DNA of 64,000 bases from an uncultured Pseudomonadota bacterium (GTDB lineage: Bacteria; Oederibacteriota; Muellerivitia; Muellerivitales; Muellerivitaceae): the NCBI GenBank assembly GCA_963843375.1, contig CAWJKT010000008.1:128001-192000 (forward strand), written 5' to 3'. A program made the translations under genes and the position numbers. Under the pieces are notes generated by a model. It did no database searches, was not told the DNA's origin, and saw nothing but the letters and a program-made list of their open reading frames with translations. Positions 51,362-61,954 of this stretch are shown one piece after another. Numbering within the stretch: the first letter of the stretch is position 1; every line of letters begins with the position of its first letter.

Positions 51362-52463
51362 GACTAATGTTTTTGGATTGCCCCAACATCTCCGAAAGGA
51401 TAGTAAGGGGTATTTTTTAGATTATTACTTACTGAAAGGAGGGCTTAAAAAGCGGAAGAGAGTCCGTTTAGGGTTTATTCCTTTAGTCCAGGCAAAGCTT
51501 GTTCTTGCCCAACACTTGCAGGAAATGGTGACGGGTAAGTTTCTGGTCGAGGAGAAGCCCAAGATCACTTTCAACGAGGCGGCAGATTCATTTTTAGCCT
51601 ATTCCGCCGCCCGGAAGAAAAGTTACAAGAACGACGCTCAAATAACCGAAAAGCTCAAGGCTTTTTTTAAAAACAGGCCTTTGGAAAGCCTGACGCCTGA
51701 TCATGTTGAGGCTTTCCTTAATCAACGAAAGAAAGAGGGTAATAAGCATCACAAAAAGGATTTCTTGAAAGGCTCAACACTCAATCGGGATATGGCCTGC
51801 CTAAAAACCATTATTAGACGGGCGATTTTAAATAAACAGATTGAGCGAAATCCAATCGAGGGTATTCGAAGATTCAAGGAGCATTCCCGAGATAGGACGT
51901 TGACCGAACAGGAGTGGCAGGACCTTTTGGGGTTTTGCCCACCCCATTTAAAGCCCATTGTAGAACTTGCTAAATTTAGCTGTATGAGACGGGGAGAGAT
52001 TCTTGGTTTAAAGTGGGATCAGGTTGACTTCAAGAACAAGATTATTGTTTTGGAAGCTTCTGATACCAAGACCGATGAGAAAAGGGAAATACCACTGAGT
52101 TCTTACCTGAATCGGCTTTTTAAGGGGATACCCAAAACATTGGGAAGTCCATATGTTTTTACTTATAGAGGTAAAGGCATAAAAAATATCAGGACCTCCT
52201 TTCAAAGTGTTTTGCGCAAGGCAGGAATAGAAGATTTTCATTTTCATGATTTCAGGCATTGCGCAATTACCAACTTAAGAAAGGCGGGGGTGAGTGATTC
52301 CGTCATCATGTCGATATCGGGCCATAAGACCTTTTCTGTTTTTAGGAAATATGACAAGATTGATAGGGAAGATCGACAGGATGCCTTTCGGCGTGTTGAA
52401 ATTTTGAATGACACGAATAAGACACGACAGGAGAACCTCATCCCGCAAGAAGTAGGTTTATAG
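51354..52463 (+). CDS. Tyrosine recombinase/integrase
   Basis: MRRGEIL.L.W, K, FHDFRH, SGHK, Y. Confidence 0.95.
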   Translation: MSKTNVFGLPQHLRKDSKGYFLDYYLLKGGLKKRKRVRLGFIPLVQAKLVLAQHLQEMVTGKFLVEEKPKITFNEAADSFLAYSAARKKSYKNDAQITEKLKAFFKNRPLESLTPDHVEAFLNQRKKEGNKHHKKDFLKGSTLNRDMACLKTIIRRAILNKQIERNPIEGIRRFKEHSRDRTLTEQEWQDLLGFCPPHLKPIVELAKFSCMRRGEILGLKWDQVDFKNKIIVLEASDTKTDEKREIPLSSYLNRLFKGIPKTLGSPYVFTYRGKGIKNIRTSFQSVLRKAGIEDFHFHDFRHCAITNLRKAGVSDSVIMSISGHKTFSVFRKYDKIDREDRQDAFRRVEILNDTNKTRQENLIPQEVGL

Positions 52464-52498
52464 TCAAAAATCATTGTTTTAAAAGGAATTTTCGAGCC

Positions 52499-52575
52499 GT
52501 GCCCATAGCTCAATTGGATAGAGCTTCTGACTTCGGATCAGAAGGTTGCAGGTTCAAGTCCTGCTGGGCACACCA
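52499..52575 (+). tRNA. tRNA-Arg(UCG)
   Basis: Acceptor GTGCCCA/TGGGCAC, anticodon loop CTTCGGA, GGTTCAAGTCC, encoded CCA. Confidence 0.96.
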
Positions 52576-52812
52576 TCTATTCATGGAAAATATGGAAAAA
52601 CAATTTTGCCGCTAAGAGAAGATAGCGCAGTACTGATTACCATATTTCCCTTATTTATAGAAAATCTGCACATGCATTCGGTTCATAGTAAGCAATAGTA
52701 AGTACCCCTGGTTTGTTGATTCCTTTATTTCCTGTGAAAACTTCTTGTAAAATCTGCGATCTTTTGGACTAATGCTGGAAAGGTTTAGCCTTTAAATTCA
52801 GGAGGTCTTATT

Positions 52813-53091
52813 GTGACGAAAAGTGAAATGCTGGTGACGCTGGCGACGGACACGGGTTTCAAAAAGAAAGAAGTCGAAACCATGCTGCAAGGCCTGAACA
52901 ATTTGATTTACAAAACTTTGAAAAAAGAGAAGGTCATCAAACTTGATGGCCTTGGCGTTTTCCAGTTGAAGGATCGCAAAGCTCGCATGGGCCGAAATCC
53001 TGCTACCGGCGAAACCATAAAGATTGCCGCCAAGAGGGTCGTCAAGTTCCGCGTGGTTAAAGCCTTGAAGGATGAGGTTCTCGGAAAATAA
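52813..53091 (+). CDS. hup: HU DNA-binding protein
   Basis: MTKSE; G.G.F....RKARMGRNPATGE.I.I.A. Confidence 0.95.
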   Translation: MTKSEMLVTLATDTGFKKKEVETMLQGLNNLIYKTLKKEKVIKLDGLGVFQLKDRKARMGRNPATGETIKIAAKRVVKFRVVKALKDEVLGK

Positions 53092-53133
53092 TTTGGCGGT
53101 TTGGTGAACAAACCTTTCAATTGCAAAAAATCA

Positions 53134-53178
53134 GTGCCCGTCCCCCAAAGTTTCAGCGTGGGAAGACGGGCATTTTTT
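53134..53178 (+). terminator. Intrinsic terminator
   Basis: gtgcccgtc...gacgggcat followed by a T-run. Confidence 0.65.
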
Positions 53179-53251
53179 GTGCTCATCGGCGCCCCAGTCT
53201 TAACGGATCTAGAAGGGACATAAGGACCGACACCGAAAAAACAAAAAATCC

Positions 53252-53812
53252 TTAAGGGGTAGGGGTGACCGTTGCCGTAGCAGTGCTGGTGGGGGTAAGG
53301 GATGGCGTATCGGTTGGATCTGGGGTGGGGGTGTTGGAGGGTGTGTCGGTTGGATCTGGAGTGGGGGTGTTGGAAGGCGTGTCGGTAGGGTCGGAGGTAG
53401 CGGTGTTTGAAGGCGTATCGGTTGGGTCAGGGGTGGCTGTAGGAGTTATGGAACAGGTAACGGTGGGGGTGCAATCCGGCGTAGCCGTGGAAGTTGTGGA
53501 ACAAGTCATGGAAGGCGTGCAATCAGGAGTAGCGGTGAGGGTGGGTGTGAAAGTGCTGCTGTTCGTCGAGATAGGGGTGGGTGAATTGGTGCCGGTGGCG
53601 GTCGGCGTCAGGGTGGGGCTGTTGGTCGGGGTCCCGGTCGCGGTATTCGTAATGCTGGATGTGATTGTCTGGGTAGAGGTCGGGGAATTTGTCGGGGTGG
53701 GGGCGTTGGCTGCAAAAGGGCTTGATGGTATATTTTTCGAGTTATTGCAGGCTTGAACTCCAAACAGAATAAGGCTGGCCCACAAAACCATTGAAATTAA
53801 AACGCGTTTCAT
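53252..53812 (-). CDS. Thr/Pro-rich lipoprotein
   Basis: Lipobox VQAC; 12-aa TPDPTDTPSNTx repeats. Confidence 0.8.
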   Translation of the reverse strand: MKRVLISMVLWASLILFGVQACNNSKNIPSSPFAANAPTPTNSPTSTQTITSSITNTATGTPTNSPTLTPTATGTNSPTPISTNSSTFTPTLTATPDCTPSMTCSTTSTATPDCTPTVTCSITPTATPDPTDTPSNTATSDPTDTPSNTPTPDPTDTPSNTPTPDPTDTPSLTPTSTATATVTPTP

Positions 53813-53825
53813 TTTTGGTGACTCC

Positions 53826-54701
53826 TCATAAGCCCAGGCGGCACCCGGCTAAAACCGGAATATCCTGGCCCACCACTTGGGATGAAAATATGAAATTATA
53901 TTTCCCTTCCACAAAAAAGAAGGCGCGATCCCCCAAGTCGGCCTCGAAACCGGCACCCAAAACCACGTCGAAGTCCGCTACTGGGGCCCCGGGATTACCG
54001 GATAACAGCTCGAATTCACCCCCCGCGCCCGCCAACAGGTAAGGACCGCCGAAGTGATAACGAACGGTGGGAATCAAAAACAACTCGGTATCGGAAATAG
54101 TCCCGGAGAAATTCACCCCGGAAAATGTAAAGCCTTCCATATCCAACTGAAGACTCAAGTCCTTATCAAACTCAAACCCCAAACAAGCCATACCGCCAGG
54201 ACTCAAAGTATAGGCAGTTTGCCAGCCTTGCCCAGGGATATCTATCCCACCCGCCAATCCCAGATAAAAGAAACCGGGGGTACGCTCCAGTTTGGTCTGA
54301 GCCGTCGTTGATCCACCTACCACAGTCATGGGCCCGCTCAACATGGTTGAAACCGGTGTGCCCCCCCCTATCGGAGTTGGAGTGGGGGGCGGAAGCGTCT
54401 TTAATGTTTGGAGATAAGTCTTTAAATCGGGATTATCTTGATGCAGTGACAAGCTTTTTTCGCAATCGGCCATTCCCTTTTGGTAATCCCCCAGGCTAAC
54501 GTAATCGTGGCCCAATACCTCATAGGCCTGCCAAAAGTCCGGGCTCGATTTGACCACCCCCTCAAGGATCACGACACTATCGTGATAGTTTCCATGTTCG
54601 TATAAATCCATCCCCATCGTGTAATAATCCATAGTTTGATCCGCCCAAAGGGCAGGGACACAAAACTTTAAAAACAAGAGGGTTAAAAAGAGTATTTTCA
54701 T
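53826..54701 (-). CDS. TPR plus outer-membrane beta-barrel protein
   Basis: Signal peptide, TPR, Pro linker, OMP-like strands. Confidence 0.75.
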   Translation of the reverse strand: MKILFLTLLFLKFCVPALWADQTMDYYTMGMDLYEHGNYHDSVVILEGVVKSSPDFWQAYEVLGHDYVSLGDYQKGMADCEKSLSLHQDNPDLKTYLQTLKTLPPPTPTPIGGGTPVSTMLSGPMTVVGGSTTAQTKLERTPGFFYLGLAGGIDIPGQGWQTAYTLSPGGMACLGFEFDKDLSLQLDMEGFTFSGVNFSGTISDTELFLIPTVRYHFGGPYLLAGAGGEFELLSGNPGAPVADFDVVLGAGFEADLGDRAFFFVEGKYNFIFSSQVVGQDIPVLAGCRLGL

Positions 54702-54835
54702 TTATTTCTTTAATCTCACTCTTTATTTTTTCACCACGGAACCAAAACCCGGCCTGTGGAATGTATTGAGAAACCTCCCCATCAGCTTTAAAGGTTCCAA
54801 GAATGGATCTCCAAAATGGAAGGCTTCAGGCATGG

Positions 54836-55048
54836 CTATCCATGGTCACTTTTTTTGAGTTTCTGGACGACCTTTTCCAAAGGAAGGGCTTTCTCTTTTT
54901 TTCGAGGGGCTATCACCTTCAAGTCAATCAGGTCTTCTCTCAACTTTTCGTAGAGTTCGAGAATAAGCCGCACGCCTTTTTTGTGGTTCTTCTCCCCACC
55001 TTTTTCCGATTCAGGCCCTTGAATATTCATTTGGATCTCCAAGGCCAA
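54836..55048 (-). CDS. Hypothetical, possibly a degenerate antitoxin
   Basis: YEKL.EDL.DL.VIA.RK.E pattern. Confidence 0.35.
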   Translation of the reverse strand: MALEIQMNIQGPESEKGGEKNHKKGVRLILELYEKLREDLIDLKVIAPRKKEKALPLEKVVQKLKKSDHG

Positions 55049-55093
55049 TCATATCAAAATCCGATAATTTCAGGTTGGGTAATGCTTAACGGG

Positions 55094-55333
55094 TCATCTC
55101 AAAAACCGCCAGAGGGTGAAGGCCAAACCAATCCCTAAAAGGCCCAAAAGAATCCAAGCCGTCGAGACGATCCAGGGCCGAGGATTGGAAAGAAAACCCG
55201 GAGAGTCTTTCAATCCCGGCGTGTCCTCCGCATCCGCGTCCCAAGTCTCTGGGGCTTTCCAACCGCAGTTAGAACAAGGCGCCCAGTCGTAAGGCATTTC
55301 AGTCCCGCATTCCAAACATATTGAAAGCGCCAT
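55094..55333 (-). CDS. Zn-ribbon membrane-anchored small protein
   Basis: CLECG...CSNCG; C-terminal TM. Confidence 0.75.
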   Translation of the reverse strand: MALSICLECGTEMPYDWAPCSNCGWKAPETWDADAEDTPGLKDSPGFLSNPRPWIVSTAWILLGLLGIGLAFTLWRFLR

Positions 55334-55421
55334 TACAAAGTCCCTTAACGACCCCGAAAAAAATTTAACCCATAAAAAAAGTAACCTTCCACTTCATGGC
55401 ACGCGCCGGAAGATACAACTT

Positions 55422-55658
55422 TCATCGCAAGTCTGCACTTGTTTTGAAACCCCATTTTTCCCAAGTTTGGGCGCGGGTAAAGAAACTGCCGTCCTTGCGG
55501 AGAAAGCCGGTGTTTTCCTGGCCCAGAGAATGGATACCGTCCGCTTCGGCAGCCATCAGGGCTTCCATATGATCAAAGCCCGTATAGGTCTTTCCTGTGG
55601 AAGGATTGAGAACGGCGGGTTTAAAGTCTGATTTTTTAAAGGGTTTCAATGACTTCAT
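55422..55658 (-). CDS. Hypothetical protein
   Basis: 78-aa ORF. Confidence 0.55.
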   Translation of the reverse strand: MKSLKPFKKSDFKPAVLNPSTGKTYTGFDHMEALMAAEADGIHSLGQENTGFLRKDGSFFTRAQTWEKWGFKTSADLR

Positions 55659-55876
55659 CCCATTTAGCCTTTTGCTTAATCTTGTTCACGCTAGATTCCC
55701 GTCGCGGACAACCTCAGCTCCCGTTTAAATAGACCCATGGAATGTTGTGACAGTCCTGGCTCCATTGGTGATCCCTTGAACAACTAATTGCCTCACGTTA
55801 ATAGGGGGCGCTTTCGGTTTAACACCGCAGACGTTTCCTTTTTGTGAATATTTTAATGATTTTCCAACGCAGTATT

Positions 55877-58800
55877 TTATCTAAGGATCAGCAATTTCGC
55901 GATGGAACGGCCGTGGCTGGTGGTGATAACCACATAATAAAGTCCGCTGGCCAGCGGATTTCCCCAATTGTCCTCAAGAACAACCGTGACAGGCCCATAA
56001 GCCTGGGAGGGATAGGGTTTATCCTGCACTTCCCGGAATGCTGTGGTAAATATTTGAACTTTAATTCCGGAAAAGCCCAAATAAGCCAGGGGCAGGACTT
56101 TAACCGGTCCACCACTGGAGGGGTTGGGGTAGATCATGGGCGTGGAAAGGGAAGGGGTTGTCATTGTGGGCGTAAGGGTGGCGGTCCCGAGGCCGGAGGG
56201 CGTGAAGGTCAAGCTATTCGTGGGTGTGGCCGAAGGGGTCGGCGTCACCGCCACAATGGTCACCACAGCTCCTGCCACCGGCAGATTGCCGAAGACCACC
56301 ATCTGCCCGTTTGTCCCCGCTCCTGCCGTCACGTTGAAGGTGTAACTATTCGTGGCGCCCGTCGAGAAGTTCGCCTCCACTTGGTAAGTCACCGCTCCGT
56401 TGGCCGGAATGATCGTATTGGTCAGGCTAAAGGTGGCTGTCGTCCCCGTGAAGTTGGCGGTGGAAATAACCGTTCCGCTTTCCAGAAGGGATATGGACGT
56501 GATTCCCGCAGCCGAAGGCCCTGTGGAAACACTCAGGCTTGTGATGGTCACGACACTTGCGCTCGGATTAGTCAGTTGGACCTGTTGTATCAGAACGTTG
56601 GAGGCACCCGCAACTTGGGAGGAGTTGGCCGGCGGATTTGGCCCCTGGGAAGCCTCCACCGTCACCATCGTTGGGGTCGGGGTCGTGGTTATTGTAGAAG
56701 TGGTGCTGGAAGTCTCGGTGTTTGTTAGGCTTTGAGTCGGTGTGGCCGTAACTGTGGGACTAGGGGTGAAGGTTTTTGTGGAGGTGGGGGTAGAGCTATT
56801 GGTGCCCGTGACAGTGTTTGTTGGGGTTTGAGTGGCGGTATTGGTAGCGGTGGCGGTAGAAGTATTAGGAAAGGTATTCATGGAAGTCACCGTGGGTGTG
56901 TTCGTAGCTGTAGTAACCGGAGTCTTTGTAGGTGAAGAGGTCGCGGTGGGAGTTGCCGTATTCGACGGGCTATTAGTGGGGGTTAGAGTCGCCGTATTTG
57001 TCGCGCTAGGGGTGAGCGTTGAAGTGGCGGTGTAAGTCGCCGTAGGAGAACCGCTGTTTGTCGCTGTATTGGTCGCCGTGTTCGTGGCCGTCTTAGTCGG
57101 AGTGGAGGTGGGTGTCGGCGTGAGGATGGTCCCTGTCGGAGACAATGTCGGGGTTCCGGTGATGGTGGGCGTAGCGGAGTTGGATGCCGTGGAGGTCGGA
57201 GTCAAAGTGGCTGAATTGGTGGCGGTACTTGTAGAGGTCGAACTGCCGGTGCTAGTGGCCGTCGGGGTCGCGGTTTGGGTGGCCGTGGAGGTGAGACTAT
57301 TGGTGGGCGTATGAGTCAAGGTGCTGGTGGAAGTCGCTGTGGGGGTTTGGGTCAAGGTGTTTGTCGTGCTATTCGTGGCGGTGTTGGTCATAGTGTTGAC
57401 TGGGGTATTGGTGACGGTGGCCGATGGACTGTTTGTGGATGTCGCCGTCCCCGTATGAGTTGGCGTATTCGTGAAAGTAAATGAGGGGGATGCGGTCACG
57501 GTATTAGCCACCGTACTTGTAAAGGTTTTGGTAGCGGACGCAGTTTGGGTTACCGTGATGGTCGCCGTCGGGCTGTTTGTGGCCGTAGAGGTTACGGTAT
57601 TAATCAAGGTGTTGGTAGGTGTCGCGGTCAATGTTGAAGTAGCCGTCTTGGTGGCCGTACTGGTTAAACTGCTGGTGGGGGTAGCCGTGGGGGCCGCAGT
57701 CGTCACAAAGGCCGAAGCCAGGGCCATGTAGGAACCGGTGTAATAAATGCCTGTCTCGTTTACGACCCAGGGTACGCTCTTGGCCCCGGTGGGGTCGACC
57801 CAATCCCAATCTCGGTATTCCTTTTCATAGGGGGGTTCGACCTCCCCAGCCAACATTGGCGGTTCCGACTCCCCATTATCGGCGGCGTATCCATGACCCG
57901 GTCCATCCGGAACGATGCCAGGCGGCGGGCCGTAAGTGGAAGGGCCGCTGTCACTAATTCCGAAATTATCCGTTCCCGCGTAATAAGGATAGAGCGGGTC
58001 GGTGACCGAGACTGGTTTGCCGATGAAATTGTCGAAGGAAAAGGTGTTTCCATAATTGCCGAACCATTGGTGATAGATGCGCCAAACCCCGTGGGAGGCG
58101 CCAATGGCGGCTGAGTTTGTCATGAGGGTCATGTTGATTGGATTGGTTCCGTTCATGTAATGAAGGAAGTCTTCGGCGTGGGTCATGCATTGGGCCGAGG
58201 TGTAGCTTCCCGTCGCACCCAATAGGGAGGCCCAAACCAGTTGCATGCCGTAGTTCATCTTCACCTCGTCGGCACCCCAAAAATAATCGTAACTGTGCAT
58301 TCCCGAATTATAAAAATCGTTCTGGGTGAAGAGGTCGTTGACCAAGACGCCCCAATCCGTTTTCATATCTGTGACGACTGACGCCGTGGCATTGGTGGCC
58401 TGTATATAGGTCAGGATGCCCCAGTTCTGTTGGAATAAATCCTCGTTGAGCCAAAACCCGTTCCAGGTTTGATAATTATTCACGATGGATTGGGCCGCAC
58501 TGATGATGGAGGCGGGTCCGCCAAGGGCCTCTTCCATGCGGAACATTTCGGCAGCGGCCCAAAATTGCTGATTTGTCACCGGCGCAGAGGACACGTAAGC
58601 GTTCCAGGTATTTTCTGCGGCGGCGCGGAAGGTTATCGCGGCGCTGGCCAAACCCGAAACCCCGGACATTACCCGGGCTGCGTGGGCCATAATGGCCACG
58701 AACTGAGCCTCGCCCGCCGGGTTAGGGGGATAGTAAACCCGGGTGGTTGTGTCGGTGCTGGGCGGAGAGCCTGACCCGCCCCCGGGCGCATGGACGACCG

Positions 58801-59626
58801 AAAGGACATGGTAGTCGGTCATCTGCATCTTCAGGTACCAGTTTAATTCCCACATGGCCTCGTTGAGGATATCCGGAACACCGTTGCCTGACTCGGGGAT
58901 ATTGCTGGAAAGGGACGCGAAAAGAGTTGGATTCCATTCATAGGCCGTAAGAAGATCCCAAAGAGCTTCCCCGCTGTCCCCTCCCCAACTAGCGCATGCC
59001 CCGGTGGGAGTCTGACCGATGTATTTGTTGTAGTCCCCCGCATCGTGCCAGCCACCCTCCAAATTCAGGATACCGTAGTTATTGGGAAAGGTGCATCCAG
59101 AGGCTGGCCCGCAGGTGACGTCTTGTGTATGGCATGCGTCGGCGTCGGCCCAGGCGGAGTTACCGGTGTAGGCAGCAAGTTTGGCGATCCCGCACCTTTG
59201 GTAATAGAAGGCCTTGAGGGTCGCCGTCATGGGCGCTTGGTAAACGGAATTCGAGATCGTGAAATTATAGGATTGTTCAGTCAGGGCAGATGAATAGACG
59301 TAATAGGTGCCCGGCGTGGTAAAAGCCGAAAAGTTGACCCACCAGACCGTGTCCCCGGAAATCTGGGGCGAGGTGGGATCCGTTCCCAAACTCGATACCG
59401 AAGCCGCGGGCACGGTGTAAGCCAGCACACTGGTGGCGGCGTTGTACACCCCAACGCTGGAGCCGGGGTTTTCGGTAAAAATAGCAATCTTTGTGTCTGT
59501 GGTACGGTAGCCAAAGTTGTCGATCTTGATGTGGCCGGCAATGGTTGAGGCTATCGCCGTTTGGGCCAAGAGACCCAAGGCTAGGCCCGTCAGACAGGAC
59601 AATGATTTACTCAAGCCACGTTTCAT
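55877..59626 (-). CDS. GH9 endoglucanase with Ig-like N-domain, Thr-rich linker and YPNP-type C-terminal domain
   Basis: [37 protein letters not shown]...LASGLYY...KLLILR. Confidence 0.92.
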   Translation of the reverse strand: MKRGLSKSLSCLTGLALGLLAQTAIASTIAGHIKIDNFGYRTTDTKIAIFTENPGSSVGVYNAATSVLAYTVPAASVSSLGTDPTSPQISGDTVWWVNFSAFTTPGTYYVYSSALTEQSYNFTISNSVYQAPMTATLKAFYYQRCGIAKLAAYTGNSAWADADACHTQDVTCGPASGCTFPNNYGILNLEGGWHDAGDYNKYIGQTPTGACASWGGDSGEALWDLLTAYEWNPTLFASLSSNIPESGNGVPDILNEAMWELNWYLKMQMTDYHVLSVVHAPGGGSGSPPSTDTTTRVYYPPNPAGEAQFVAIMAHAARVMSGVSGLASAAITFRAAAENTWNAYVSSAPVTNQQFWAAAEMFRMEEALGGPASIISAAQSIVNNYQTWNGFWLNEDLFQQNWGILTYIQATNATASVVTDMKTDWGVLVNDLFTQNDFYNSGMHSYDYFWGADEVKMNYGMQLVWASLLGATGSYTSAQCMTHAEDFLHYMNGTNPINMTLMTNSAAIGASHGVWRIYHQWFGNYGNTFSFDNFIGKPVSVTDPLYPYYAGTDNFGISDSGPSTYGPPPGIVPDGPGHGYAADNGESEPPMLAGEVEPPYEKEYRDWDWVDPTGAKSVPWVVNETGIYYTGSYMALASAFVTTAAPTATPTSSLTSTATKTATSTLTATPTNTLINTVTSTATNSPTATITVTQTASATKTFTSTVANTVTASPSFTFTNTPTHTGTATSTNSPSATVTNTPVNTMTNTATNSTTNTLTQTPTATSTSTLTHTPTNSLTSTATQTATPTATSTGSSTSTSTATNSATLTPTSTASNSATPTITGTPTLSPTGTILTPTPTSTPTKTATNTATNTATNSGSPTATYTATSTLTPSATNTATLTPTNSPSNTATPTATSSPTKTPVTTATNTPTVTSMNTFPNTSTATATNTATQTPTNTVTGTNSSTPTSTKTFTPSPTVTATPTQSLTNTETSSTTSTITTTPTPTMVTVEASQGPNPPANSSQVAGASNVLIQQVQLTNPSASVVTITSLSVSTGPSAAGITSISLLESGTVISTANFTGTTATFSLTNTIIPANGAVTYQVEANFSTGATNSYTFNVTAGAGTNGQMVVFGNLPVAGAVVTIVAVTPTPSATPTNSLTFTPSGLGTATLTPTMTTPSLSTPMIYPNPSSGGPVKVLPLAYLGFSGIKVQIFTTAFREVQDKPYPSQAYGPVTVVLEDNWGNPLASGLYYVVITTSHGRSIAKLLILR

Positions 59627-59968
59627 TCGTAAAACCCCAAAACGAAAAGTTTGGACGGGGTTCCAGAAAACGATTTCAACGAGGTTTCCCAGACGACCTT
59701 GTCCGACGATGTTGCCGGTTTATTCGTTAATTATTATACCCCTCTTCCCCCTGCTTCTACCAAAATCACGATTGGCGCGTTAATCCCAAGTTCCCATTTT
59801 ATCTTTTGCATTTTCGAATGAAAAAAAGGGGAGTATTACCTTTTGAGACCCAAAAAACCAGGATACCTTCCACATCCTTAGGTATCACCACAAGCTATAG
59901 AAAAGCTGTGATTTGCCCAATTTCCTGTTCCAGGTTTTCTTGAAATCCCATGAAGTATGGAGATTGCT

Positions 59969-60505
59969 TTACTCGTGGTTTGGCCGGCACGTTGTTAGTT
60001 CCAGTGGTCTGCCCTTTACTTCTTTTTCTTTCTTGTTGGGCGGTCTTTTGCCTTTTTTTTCCTTCTTGTTGGGCTTCCCTTTACCTGTAGTGATCAAACT
60101 CCGCAAACTACCGTTAATATAGGAGCCCCAAGCGTTGGAACAGATATCGAAACACTCATAGTCAGGAACCAGTCCCCGGTGAGTGAAGCGGATTTCGGTT
60201 CGAGGGTCTTTTTCGGAAACTTCAAAAATAATTTCCGTACCCTTCCACTCGTTTTTGTCTTCCGTAAAATTAAAATAGTTGTCCAAAACAAGCCAAACAA
60301 CTTTTTTCGCGGGAATAATTTTGGTTAACTTCATTTTGCAGGAATGGACGTCTTTGTAACGATAGGTAAACTCGTCACCGAGTTTTTCGGTGCCGCCCTT
60401 AATATTTTCCGACCACCATCCACGAACATTTTGGATGGCCTTGAAAGCTTCTTCGGGGGTGTTGTCGACTGTAATAGCAATAGAGAAATCTTGATCTTTC
60501 TTCAT
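59969..60505 (-). CDS. SRPBCC/AHSA1-like protein
   Basis: RGWWS, EWKGT.I.F, FTH.GL...ECF..CS.AW. Confidence 0.88.
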   Translation of the reverse strand: MKKDQDFSIAITVDNTPEEAFKAIQNVRGWWSENIKGGTEKLGDEFTYRYKDVHSCKMKLTKIIPAKKVVWLVLDNYFNFTEDKNEWKGTEIIFEVSEKDPRTEIRFTHRGLVPDYECFDICSNAWGSYINGSLRSLITTGKGKPNKKEKKGKRPPNKKEKEVKGRPLELTTCRPNHE

Positions 60506-60647
60506 GCGATCCCCTTTTTTTTATTAACTCGAATCAAAATCCTCTCATCCTTTTCGTCCACGATGGCTTATCACGAGTTGGCTGAATAGGCATCAAACCG
60601 GACTCCTCAATCGCAGGGGTGCCAATCCAACTTTCTATTGGCCCAAC

Positions 60648-61094
60648 TCATGTTGAAATCCGCAAGGTGGCCTCGCCCCTTTCTTGGTAGGCTTTGTGTA
60701 GTTTCTGGGCGATAGCGGGATTCTTCATGAGAAGATTGTCGAAATTATATTTCTCAAGGATAAAAAGTTCGGTGAGCATTTCGGCGACCACCGTGGCGTT
60801 TCGGGGAGCGTTGGAGATCAAGGCCATTTCTCCGAAATACTCGTCGGCTCGAAGCCCCGCCACTCTCACCCGCTGGGAACCTTTGTTCACCCAAACCGAA
60901 ACCCGACCGGAAGCAATGAGGTAAAAAGCGTCTCCCGGGTTCCCTTGCCGTATGATCTCATAACCCTTAAAAACTCTGACGGCGCGCAGGCAGGAAATCA
61001 GTTTGTCCAGTTCCTTCGGACCCATATATTGCAGAAAATAGGCCTGTTGAAGAACCCGGCGAAGATGACTGAAGATGGCGGATGTGGGAAGCAT
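60648..61094 (-). CDS. Stand-alone cyclic nucleotide-binding domain protein
   Basis: IIRQG.PG.AFYLI.SG; YFGEMALI...PRNATV. Confidence 0.9.
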   Translation of the reverse strand: MLPTSAIFSHLRRVLQQAYFLQYMGPKELDKLISCLRAVRVFKGYEIIRQGNPGDAFYLIASGRVSVWVNKGSQRVRVAGLRADEYFGEMALISNAPRNATVVAEMLTELFILEKYNFDNLLMKNPAIAQKLHKAYQERGEATLRIST

Positions 61095-61188
61095 AAGTAC
61101 GACCTCCAAAATTACCGAGCAGTGGGGCGCGGGAAACATTGATCACTTTAGCTGCCCCTCTTAAACCTGGTCCATTCTAATATTTAGT

Positions 61189-61545
61189 CTCATCCTGGTG
61201 AAGGATTACTACCAACGGCCCCGGCTCTATCAAACCAACTCCGAAGTGAACCGCTGTGTGAAAAAATCGAAAAGCTTATCCTATCCCAGCGGGCAGCCAC
61301 CGGGGGCACGGCACTTGCCGTCATCCTGGCCCACATGGTGCCGGAGAAAAAGGATGTAATTTTGGCAAAGGGTAAGGTGTACAGCGGAAAATCGGATTGT
61401 GGGCGGGGTCCATTACCACAGCGACGTGATGGCGGGAGAGCAAGTCGTGGTTCTGCTCGCGGCGGCGCTTTTAGGGGACAAAAGCTTCATGAAAGACTAT
61501 GAAAAGGCCAGGGTGGAATTGCGGGAGGTCTTGGGTTTGATGTGA
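61189..61545 (+). pseudogene. Remnant of a PAP2/class A acid phosphatase
   Basis: K.YY.RPR, SYPSG and RIVGGVHY.SDV.AG across shifted frames; no start. Confidence 0.75.
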
Positions 61546-61597
61546 AGGATGAGTCCAGCCGGGGTTTTCAGGTTCACCCTTCACCTGTCATTCCCGA

Positions 61598-61954
61598 TTA
61601 ATTTCCAAAGCCTTTTTTGATAGCGCTTTCGACATTGGGAAAAGCTTTCAAAATACTGCCAAATTCAAGGGAGTGATAAACTTCCAAAACGTCCGAGTTC
61701 ATACCCGCAAGCACCAAATCGCCATCTTGTTCGCGAATCTGTTTGATTTCGCTGATAAAAACGCCCCATCCCGCGCTGCCGATGTAATCGACACCGTTCA
61801 AGTCAATGATAAGCTTAACTTTTCTATTCACCAAAACCGAAAGAAGTTTTTTGGCGAATTCAGGGGCGGTGAGGGTATCGATTTGGCCTTTCACGGAAAG
61901 AAGCGTGATGTTTTTGTTCTGGGGATGGTCGGTGACATCAATGGCGATTTTCAT
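61598..61954 (-). CDS. STAS anti-sigma-factor antagonist
   Basis: G.ID..TAP; D...VDYI.SAG.G. Confidence 0.9.
   Translation of the reverse strand: MKIAIDVTDHPQNKNITLLSVKGQIDTLTAPEFAKKLLSVLVNRKVKLIIDLNGVDYIGSAGWGVFISEIKQIREQDGDLVLAGMNSDVLEVYHSLEFGSILKAFPNVESAIKKGFGN

Larger units (their letters stand above)
43778..52541. mobile_element. tRNA-Arg-integrated genomic island (~8.7 kb)
   Basis: 43-bp direct repeats, tyrosine integrase and Xis-like gene, AT-rich cargo, two IS. Confidence 0.9.

Noticed and set aside
54720..55048. Complete type II toxin-antitoxin pair
   Set aside because: Only a weak antitoxin-like resemblance; no toxin ORF found downstream
56136..57731. Val-rich plus-strand ORFs (also 53265..53756)
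   Set aside because: Antisense to Thr-rich linkers
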